A stretch of DNA of 42,241 nt from Salisapilia sapeloensis CBS 127946 (taxonomy: Eukaryota; Protista; Oomycota). Both the position numbers and the translations under genes were made by a program. This document shows positions 1-8,412 of this stretch, piece by piece. The stretch spans positions 1 to 42,241 of the forward strand of contig JAADVB010000169.1 of the NCBI GenBank assembly GCA_023334545.1. The letters are read 5' to 3'. Below the pieces are notes generated by a model, which was not told the DNA's origin, did not search any database, and saw only the letters and a program-made list of their open reading frames with translations. Positions within the stretch are counted from its first letter, which is position 1; every line of letters begins with the position of its first letter.

Positions 1-1
1 C

Positions 2-441
2 GACTGGGCCACCACCTTCTTCCGCCAGGGCTTTGAACCAGGCAGTATCTTCACCTACATCTGTAAACCTCGCAAAGGCCGATGGAACGCCGAGGAGGTC
101 GAGTACAGCGTCCTCTTGATCCAGCTGATCGACCTCGGCGTAATCCAGCTCGAGCGTGGGAGCAGCGTCCGGGAGTTCTGTCGAAGAAGCTGCACAGTAA
201 TCCGATGCGAGTGCTCAAGAAACTGTCCAACTGTCCGTCGTTTCGCTTCCTCAAAAAGGTTTCACCGACGCTGAGTACGCGCGAGAGTGTGGATGTATCT
301 CTTCCGGACGGTGAGAGTCACCTGCAGGAGCTGTGTCGCCTCCGGATGGAGTTTCTCCGGTCCGTTCAGATCGAAGCCATCATCGCTGCTAAGCAGCACC
401 TGAGTGACCCGAGTGTCCAGGAGCTCGTGGCGTCCTTTTAA
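2..441 (+). CDS. 5'-truncated gene of the stramenopile RKGRW..EE..Y / LSKKLHxxPMR family (putative DNA-binding protein), with a 1-nt frameshift near 176-178
   Basis: The frame from base 2 reads RKGRWNAEEVEYSVLLIQLIDLGVIQLERGSSVREF. The frame of ORF 82..441 continues LSKKLHSNPMRVLKKL. The two halves join into one recalled motif only if one base is added at ttc^tg. Confidence 0.6.
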
Positions 442-583
442 CTTCAAGTAGCCGATGACGTAATCCCGAGCTTCAAGTCGTCTAATGCTCATAATAGAAA
501 GAGACTTGTTCCACATTGTCTGCTGTACTAGTAGAGGAAATCCATTCGAGTGCCGAGGAGCGTCGCACCCTGTCGAACGTAGT

Positions 584-2749
584 ATGGACATGTCAAAGCA
601 AGAGAGGAGGAAGGAGGAGGTGCTGTCGGGCGGCCTAGGCGCCGACATCGTCCGGTCGTCGCCTCGGAAGATGCGGACGACGAGCGACGCGGGCGTGACG
701 GGTGGCGTCACGATTCCCAACTCGGGTTCTTCCAGGCAGGATTTATTCCGTCGTCGGCACTTGGACTCTTCTTCGGACAGTGACGAAGAAGATGATGGTA
801 TGTCTCTCGTTTATTATCTTGTACCGGGTGTATTAAGTCGATGGTGCTAGTGAATGGGGCGACGACGTCGACGAGCTACTTTCGACCTCGGTCGCTCGCA
901 GCTTATGCCCAGTACTTAGAGTACGTCGTATAGGAAACGTAGTGGTAGCTAGAGCTGACATACATCCTCTAGGACGGTGCATATGGAAGGTGTGTTGGAA
1001 AAACAGAGTCTGGACGATCCGTCGACGTACAAGCGCCGGTGGTTTGTCATGCATGAGCAAGACCTTTTCTACTACAAGTCCTCTTCCGATATTGTCGAGA
1101 AGAAGCCATCGGATGATAAATGCTGCAACGTCATTCGTCTCGAAGACATCGATTCGGTCACGACTGCCAAGGACTTTGGTCCGAGTGCCTTCCAGATCCG
1201 GTTAGAAAGTCGTCGCTACGTCCTTCGCGCGGAGTCGAAAGACCGGATGCAAGAGTGGCTCTTTAATTTCCAAAAGTCCATCGCGATCATCATCTCCGCC
1301 TTGGCTCGTACACACCACTATGAGTTCAAGAGCGGACGACTGGTGCGCGCGGGGAGTATGCCTCGAGCCAACAGGAGTCTGTCGCTAGACTATCCAGAGT
1401 ACCTCCCGACGTTTAATAGTAAGACACTAGAAGAGTATTATCGCACACACGCGTCTCCAGAGGCACCAGGAGACGCGAGTCGTCGAGCCAGTAGTCCAGT
1501 GTCAGGTCCGAAGAGTCCTCTTAGCTCCATTGGCATGTTCTCCTTTGACCCGCTGGACGACGTCGACACGACGGAAGTGACAGAAGTGCCGGATGCTTCG
1601 CCACCCAAGTACGTTCCTCGTTTCTTACGTAATCGTCAGGCGGCCGTGGCGACGTCTCCACCGAAAGAAGAGAAGCCGAAAGGCCGATGGGTCCCTCGTC
1701 ATCAGCGTGAAGGAGCCAAGATGTCTCCGTCCGAGTCTTTCGAGGTGGACATTCCAGATGAGTTGGCTCCGTTCCAAGACCACTTGAGCTATAGCACAGG
1801 AGAAGAGATGTATGGCGCGACGAGTCTCGTGGGGGTGCGTAGTAGCATGGAGGACGTTATTTGTTGTCTACCTGATCTGGACACGAAAGTCCACATGGAC
1901 GTTGGACAGAAACAGCAGCTCTATGCGCTCTTTGACGGACACAGTGGCGTCCGTGCAGCCGCGTTTTCCAGCCAACGCATCGCAACGTACTTGTCGGAGC
2001 AACCGACCTTCATCTCAGATGTCCACCAGGCGTTCCACGACTGCTTCAAGCGTATTGACGACGAGTTCCTTGACGTTGCGAAAGCAGAGGACCTCATTGA
2101 CGGAACGACAGCAGCCGTCGTCCTCTTGCGTGGCAATCGAATGTACACTGCTAATGTCGGGGACTGTCGCGCCGTCGTGAGTCTCGGAGGACAGGCGATG
2201 GACGTGATTGAGGAGCAGACGCCAGGTCGAACTGACGAGCGAGAGCGTATTGAGAAGCATGGCGGGTGGGTACAGGCCGAACGAGAGCTGCACATGTCCA
2301 AGCTATACAGCATGGACTTACGGGACCCTGAGATCCAGCAGCGAGCCGAGCGCGTGGTGCAGTGGGTCAACATCTACAGGGTGAATGGCGAGCTCGGCGT
2401 GTCGAGAGCCATCGGCGACATGGACTACAAGGGCGAGGCTCTGAATGCGTACGAGTATTGGGCGTTCCCGGACGGTCATTCGAAGGAGTTTACCGGCGAC
2501 CTCGTGATCTCGACGCCAGAGACGCAGGAGATGGAGGTGACGCCGGAAGTCGAGTTTCTAATCCTTGCTTGTGATGGTCTATGGGATACGATTACGAGTA
2601 AAGAGGCCGTGGCGCACGTTCGGAGCAAGTTGCTCGAAGGTCTGTCGCCGCAACGTGTGAGTCATTCGCTTGGGAAGTTAGCCATTCGATCCGGATCGTC
2701 GGATAATGTCTCCGTCGTGGTCGTCGTGCTGAATGCGATTCGAGGATAA
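584..2749 (+). CDS. PH-domain + PP2C (PPM) protein phosphatase, 3 exons
   Basis: Introns 798-850 and 921-972 (GT-AG) join in frame. PH motifs KRRWFV, IRLEDIDSV and MQEWL; PP2C motifs RSSMED, ALFDGHSG, ANVGDCRAV, GVSRAIGD, LILACDGLWD and SSDNVSV. The start at ATG 584 is inferred. Confidence 0.9.
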
Positions 2750-2799
2750 ACAAGACATGTAGGGAGGTATTTACTAAGCAAGAAATGATACGATTCGTT

Positions 2800-3828
2800 T
2801 TACTCGACCGACTGGATCACACGATCGACCATACTACTAAAGGCAGGCGCAGCGACGGACTGCGGGTACTCCTCGAGGAACGACACGCCTTCTTCACATG
2901 CGCCTGTCATGTTCGCATCGAGCGGGAGGCGACCGAGGAACGGGACGTTGAACGCCTTGGCCATGGACTCTCCGCCGCCAGTCGAGCTGCCGAAGACGTC
3001 CATGTGGATGGAATGCCGCAGGAGCTCCGGGGCTTTCTCCTCCAGTATCTTTAAGACTTCCGACGTGTCGTCGTTGCCGCCTTCCGACACGAATTTCGCG
3101 TCTCGCAAGCTACGCTGGGCGCCACTCATGTTCTCGACGACGCCAAGGACGTTGAGCTTGGTCTTTTTGCAGAAATTCAATTCCTTCCGGACGTCTGCGA
3201 GCGCTACTTCTTGCGGTGTCGTCACGACGACGGCGCCGTCCAAGTCGGCTTCTTTCATGTATTGCACGACCGAGATGTGCTCGTCGGACGTACCGGGTGG
3301 CGTGTCGATGATGAGGTAGTCGAGCTCGCCCCACTCGACGTCGACGAGGAACTGCTTGATCAGTCCGCTCTTCTTCGGTCCGCGCCAGATAATCGCGTCG
3401 TCGTTATTCGGAAGCATGAACCCGATGGACATGACGCCGAGGTTGTCGTCGACGTAGACGGGGGACCATCCGGCTGCGCTCTGATGCACCTCTTCGCCCA
3501 CGAGGCCGAGCATGCGAGGGACACTCGGGCCTGTGATGTCGACGTCTAACAGACCCACTTGGTAGCCTTTCGAGGCAAGTGCGAAGGCTAGTTGCGTCGA
3601 TACGGTCGACTTGCCGACGCCACCTTTACCGGATAACACCAGGAGCTTGTGCTTGATGCCGCTGAGGCGCTGCTTGACCTCGGACACAGCCGGGTCGGGT
3701 TTCCGCGCTTCTCCAGATGCACAGGCGCTCTGGTTCGGACACCCGGCACACCCACTGACCTTTCCAGCCTGTTCGGACTGTGGTCCGACGCACTCGTCAT
3801 TCGCATTCGCTGGTACTTGATCGACCAT
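2800..3828 (-). CDS. NBP35: Cytosolic Fe-S cluster assembly factor NBP35/NUBP1
   Basis: N-terminal C-x13-C-x2-C-x5-C ferredoxin-like motif, Walker [25 protein letters not shown] and ENMS. Confidence 0.95.
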   Translation of the reverse strand: MVDQVPANANDECVGPQSEQAGKVSGCAGCPNQSACASGEARKPDPAVSEVKQRLSGIKHKLLVLSGKGGVGKSTVSTQLAFALASKGYQVGLLDVDITGPSVPRMLGLVGEEVHQSAAGWSPVYVDDNLGVMSIGFMLPNNDDAIIWRGPKKSGLIKQFLVDVEWGELDYLIIDTPPGTSDEHISVVQYMKEADLDGAVVVTTPQEVALADVRKELNFCKKTKLNVLGVVENMSGAQRSLRDAKFVSEGGNDDTSEVLKILEEKAPELLRHSIHMDVFGSSTGGGESMAKAFNVPFLGRLPLDANMTGACEEGVSFLEEYPQSVAAPAFSSMVDRVIQSVE

Positions 3829-3879
3829 TTCGATTCTGCTTGGAGATGCTGGCGAGAAGCTTTAACGCATCTTATTCCT

Positions 3880-3982
3880 GTGGACCAATCCTAGTGCATA
3901 TCAGGTCAAAGTGGACCAATGAGAGAATGCATCAGGTCAAAGTGCTCCAATTGGATGCTAGGCGAGATACTAGTGTACCAAT
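3880..3982. promoter_or_regulatory. Tandem 31-bp-period array of four CCAAT boxes in the NBP35/transportin divergent promoter
   Basis: CCAAT starts at 3885, 3916, 3947 and 3978, each preceded by GTGnn. ATCAGGTCAAAGTG is repeated at 3900 and 3931. Confidence 0.75.
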
Positions 3983-4095
3983 GACAGGATGCCTGGTGTG
4001 GACGTGGTCGATCGCTTTGACTGGAGTAAAGTATACGAGAGGCGCTGGACGAGTCTTCGAGCGAACGATCCTCCCCCTCGATCTCGACGTGCATC

Positions 4096-6750
4096 ATGGA
4101 CGGTGGATGGCAGCCGCAGCAGGACAAATTGCAGCAAGTAGAAGCTCTCTTACGAGCCTACACGGTCCCGAATAACGACGTCCAGCGAGAAAGCTATGAA
4201 CGCCTACAGACGCTCCAGCAGGACGCCGAGTTTAATCTCTATCTCTGCCACTTTCTGTGCCACCGAGCGGTCGACGTACCTCTTCGACAGCTCGCTGGCT
4301 TGCTTCTAAAGCGCCATATTAAAGTCAGCGACGTCGGAGGCTCCAAACCTGCTTCGGAGATGGAGCGCCTCGCCTTCCTCCGTGCCCAGACGCTGCGTGT
4401 CCTGGCCGATGAACCGCATCGTGCGATTCGGAACGCTGCCGGGAGCATCGTCACGACATTCGTGGCGCAATACACTTTCCTGGACGAATGGCCGGAGCTC
4501 ATGCCAGCGCTCTTGAGTTATCTCGAGGATCCTTCTCAGCATGACGCCGTCGCTGGCGCCTTTGCAGCGTTAAACAAGCTCTGCGAGGACTCTGCTGCCA
4601 AGCTCGAGAACTCTCCGAGCCGTCCATTGAATAACCTCGTCCCGAAGCTACTGCAGTACTTTCAGCATACGAACCCCGAGTTCCGTCACGACGCGTTGGA
4701 TTGTATGAATAACATTTTGGTGTACATGCCCATGAGTCTCGTGGTCCAGATGGATGCTTTTCTCCAAGGCATCTCGATGTTGACGCAAGATGAGTCGACG
4801 GACGTCCGGAAGCTCGTGTGTCGATCCATCGTCCTGCTGCTAGAAGTAGGTGTCCAGTACCTCGTGCCGCACCTCGACAGTATCATCCAGTTCGTTTTGC
4901 GCATGAATAAAGACGAGGACGAGAGTCTAGCGTTAGAAGCGTGCGAGTTCTGGGCATCTTTCTGTGACCTGAAGGAGTTTGAAGAGCTCAAGCCTCGTCT
5001 CCAGCCGTACTTGGGGGACATCCTTCCGCTCCTCTTCGATCGGATGGTGTACAGTGAAGATGACTTGGCGACCTTTGCCTCGGAAGAGCAGAGCATGCAG
5101 GACAACGTGCCGGATCGGCCGGAAGACATCAAGCCTGTGTTCCATAAGAAGGACGAGGAGGAAGAGGACGACGACTCGATGCTCGAGTGGAACCTCCGCC
5201 GCTGCTCTGCCGCGAGTCTAGATAACCTCGCGAATGGCTTTGGGAATGAGATCCTCCCGACGCTCCTGCCCCTCCTACATGAGCGTCTTGGGATGGAGGC
5301 GTGGCCGATGGTCGAGAGCGGTATCCTGGCACTTGGTGCTATCGCAGACGGGTGCTACGCCGGCATCACGCCGCACATGCCAGAGCTGTTTCCGTTCTTG
5401 ATGCTAAAGCTCGAGGACCCGAGACCCTTGGTCCGTAGCATCACGTGCTGGACGCTCAGTCGGTACGCTTCGTGGGCCGTCGAGCAAGCGAATCCGAGTC
5501 TCTTGCAGCCTCTCGTGGAAGCTCTTTTAAAGCGGATTCAAGACCATCATAAAAAGGTGCAGGAAGCTGCTTGCTCCGCCTTCTGTACGTTGGAAGAAGA
5601 AGCGTTGACGGAGCTCGAGCCGTTTTTAAAGCCCATTCTACAAAACCTCTTATATGCCTTCCACAAGTACCAAGCCAAGAACTTGTTGATCCTATACGAT
5701 GCGATCGGGACGTTGGCAGATTGCGTCGGCGACATGCTGAATCGCCCGGAGCTCATTGCGATTCTCATGCCGCCGCTCATTAACAAGTGGAATAGTCTCG
5801 ACGACCGCAGTCGAGAGCTCTTGCCGCTCTTTGAGTGCATGGCGCCTGTCGCGCAGGCTCTGGGGACGGGCTTCCACGAGTTCGCAGGCACGGTCTTTGG
5901 TCGTTGCCAGCGGATCATCGAGAACGAACTCCTGGCGGATGCCATGCACGACCAGAGTCCGACCGAGTTTGACGAAGGAGACGCGGAGCTCGTTGTGTGT
6001 GCTCTGGACCTTGTCTCGGGTATGCTCGAGGGGCTGCAGAGTAATAGCCAGGGACTCGTCGCGAGCTCCAACTTGTTGAATCTGCTCATGGGGAGCGTCA
6101 AGCATGAGGTCTTGGACGTGCGGCAGAGTGCCATGGGCGTCGTGGGAGACCTGGCCAAGCACGCGCCGAGTGTCCTGCGTCCAGGTCTTGGGGAGCTGCT
6201 GCCGATCCTCGTGGACAACATCGATCCGGACATGCCGACGGTGTGCAATAACGCGAGCTGGTCCGTTGGTGAGATCGCCGTGTGCGTCGGACAGGACATC
6301 CAGCCGTACGTCGAGCCGAGTCTCGAGCGCCTCGTCGCGATGATCAATCGCCCGAAGCTCCCGAGGAACTTGGTGGAGAACTGTGCGATTACGATCGGCC
6401 GACTCGGGTACGTCTGTCCGGAAGTCGTCGCGCCGCATCTGCAAGAGTTTGCCAAGCGCTGGTGCCGCGCGCTCGCACACGTCCGCGCCCCGGAGGAGAA
6501 GGAGCACTGCTTCCTCGGTCTCTGCTACATGGTTCGCGTGAATCCGAACGGGATCCTGCAGGACTTTATGTTTGTGTGCGGCGCGATTGCTTCTCTCGAA
6601 GGTCAGCAGATCCAGAACCCAGAGCTTTCAGACATGTTGACGCAGATCGTCCTCGGATTCAAGCACAGCATGGGCGACCAGTGGCAAGCCTACTTTGCGA
6701 CGTTCCCAGAGCCTCTGCGGCAGTTTTTAATCACGAGGTTTAACGTCTAA
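4096..6750 (+). CDS. TNPO1: Transportin-1 (karyopherin beta-2)
   Basis: Starts W.PQ...LQQ, HEAT-repeat pattern, acidic loop with VPDRPEDIKP..H, EWNLRRCSAASLD, YQAKNLLILYDAIGTLAD, CNNASWSVGE and ENCAITIGRLG. Intronless, 884 aa. Confidence 0.95.
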   Translation: MDGGWQPQQDKLQQVEALLRAYTVPNNDVQRESYERLQTLQQDAEFNLYLCHFLCHRAVDVPLRQLAGLLLKRHIKVSDVGGSKPASEMERLAFLRAQTLRVLADEPHRAIRNAAGSIVTTFVAQYTFLDEWPELMPALLSYLEDPSQHDAVAGAFAALNKLCEDSAAKLENSPSRPLNNLVPKLLQYFQHTNPEFRHDALDCMNNILVYMPMSLVVQMDAFLQGISMLTQDESTDVRKLVCRSIVLLLEVGVQYLVPHLDSIIQFVLRMNKDEDESLALEACEFWASFCDLKEFEELKPRLQPYLGDILPLLFDRMVYSEDDLATFASEEQSMQDNVPDRPEDIKPVFHKKDEEEEDDDSMLEWNLRRCSAASLDNLANGFGNEILPTLLPLLHERLGMEAWPMVESGILALGAIADGCYAGITPHMPELFPFLMLKLEDPRPLVRSITCWTLSRYASWAVEQANPSLLQPLVEALLKRIQDHHKKVQEAACSAFCTLEEEALTELEPFLKPILQNLLYAFHKYQAKNLLILYDAIGTLADCVGDMLNRPELIAILMPPLINKWNSLDDRSRELLPLFECMAPVAQALGTGFHEFAGTVFGRCQRIIENELLADAMHDQSPTEFDEGDAELVVCALDLVSGMLEGLQSNSQGLVASSNLLNLLMGSVKHEVLDVRQSAMGVVGDLAKHAPSVLRPGLGELLPILVDNIDPDMPTVCNNASWSVGEIAVCVGQDIQPYVEPSLERLVAMINRPKLPRNLVENCAITIGRLGYVCPEVVAPHLQEFAKRWCRALAHVRAPEEKEHCFLGLCYMVRVNPNGILQDFMFVCGAIASLEGQQIQNPELSDMLTQIVLGFKHSMGDQWQAYFATFPEPLRQFLITRFNV

Positions 6751-6838
6751 GGCTTTGGATGCACGAGGCGGTAGGAAAGTAGATAGGAATGTAGGCAAAG
6801 TAGAAGGAACATGGAGACAAGGAGGATATACTTTTGTC

Positions 6839-8227
6839 TTAGACTTGGTTGGATTGTATTTCCGGACTCGACGCCGGGTCCTCCGTCTTGGCCCACGTCG
6901 TCGATGGAGACGGAAGGACTTCGGGCTCCGGCGTTTCCGCTGACTCACTACCGGAGAGGGTCAGGTCACTCGTACGAGTTGAAATGCACGGCGTGTCCAT
7001 GGAAAACGAGTCCGAGAGAAAGTCTTCCCATACACGTTGCGCCGCGCCGTTCGGTGTCGGCGTACTTGTGTTTCTCTTGGAAAAGGTAGTTGATGCTGGG
7101 GCGAGAGATACGGTCGCGAGGGGAGATGGTAGGATCAACGGTGACTCGAAAGCGTTGATGTCTGGTGACTCGAGAGGTGCTACGGGTTTATCTTCACTAC
7201 CGAAAAAGTCGAGAAAGCTTGGACTGAGTGCGAGGGAAGCGCTTGATGTCATTCGGGCACTCGTCTCCACACCTAAATGCATACAAGTTCATTTCCAAGT
7301 CGTATATACCTCGATAATCTACGTACCCGACTCGGTGCCGATAGAAGGCACGAGCGGTTGCTGTGGAACTTGGATCGGAGGAGGTGGATGCACGCGTTTC
7401 CGTAGTCCTTTGCTTTCGTTCCGAATCGGCACGAGGACTGGTGGAGGCGTCCATCGTACTATGTGCGACTCGATCGCATGGATGTCGCTCACGAGTTTCT
7501 CGTACCGAGCTTTGACGTCTCGAGCAGACTTGCCAGGGATCTTCGTAGCGATCTTGGACCACGAGTACGGTCTCGCACTCATCCAATTCGCCAGTGCGTC
7601 TTCTAGTAGTTTGTCTTCTCCAAATGTCCATGACTTGGGTTTCCGTCCGTGGCGGCGACCGGTAGTCGTTGGTATATGGCTCACGTAGAAAGAGGGAGGG
7701 TGGTAGTAGTAGTAGCGTCCTGCATCGGACTCACTGGCGTACGCGAGACGAGTGTCCATTGCCTCCTCTGGCTGAACCGATGCAAAGCGGGAGGTGTGCG
7801 TTTTCTTCGGGTGACCGCCCGACCCTTGAGCCGTACCAGCCGAGTACACGCTATGCGTCGGCTCGATGCTTATGCGACGACCAAGACGAGCGAGGTTGTA
7901 ACTCGCCTCTTGCTGAGGCTCCTGCGAGTGACCGTTGAAGAGATGCTGGAGGTACTGTCGACCGTGTCGCTGGACCTCCTCCGGTGTCCGAGTCGCGACG
8001 AAAGCGCTGATTCGTTCCCATTCGTTTCCACTGCCTCCTCGACCTTGTGACTCGAGCGCAAGGAGGAAGCGTCGATGTTCATCCTGGTGCCAAGGAGATG
8101 AAGGCGATGCCAAAGTAGCCGTTGGACTCCGTGTGGACGACTGTCGATTGTTCGACCCGGATTCTTGGTGACTGCTAGCAGCATTCGACCTACTCTTTTG
8201 CTCTTGTAGCATTCGACAGTGCGCCAT
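6839..8227 (-). CDS. Two-repeat Myb/SANT transcription factor with Ser/Pro-rich tail, 2 exons
   Basis: Myb1 is PWHQDEHRRFLLAL...RTPEEVQRHGRQY (SHAQKY-like). Myb2 is WTFGEDKLLEDAL...KIPGKSARDVKARYEKLVSDIHAIE. Intron 7326-7273 (GTACGT..TAG) joins ORF 7319..8227 to ORF 6839..7282 in frame. Confidence 0.85.
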
Positions 8228-8412
8228 GGATATTTCGATGGATGCTAGTAGAGAACTCGGATCTTTCGTAGCTACCCACTGAACACTCTTCTGACAGGTA
8301 CTGGCAAAGACCCTTCACAAATATACTCTTCCCACTAGGCATGGGATGTAGCAAAGGACGCGATACGATTGTATGTTGTAGGTGACTATAGCAAGTAATT
8401 CAAATACTTTTT

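Noticed and set aside
3880-3982. Regularly spaced repeats as a CRISPR-like array
   Set aside because: The context is a eukaryotic promoter, the period is only 31 bp, the spacers are partly repeated, and there are no cas genes.
5547-6507. Long antisense ORFs (302 aa and 271 aa) opposite transportin, and similar shadows opposite SNW1, IGHMBP2, the Myb gene and PP2C
   Set aside because: They are expected from the strong codon bias of the sense genes, which leaves few antisense stops. They have no recognisable motifs.
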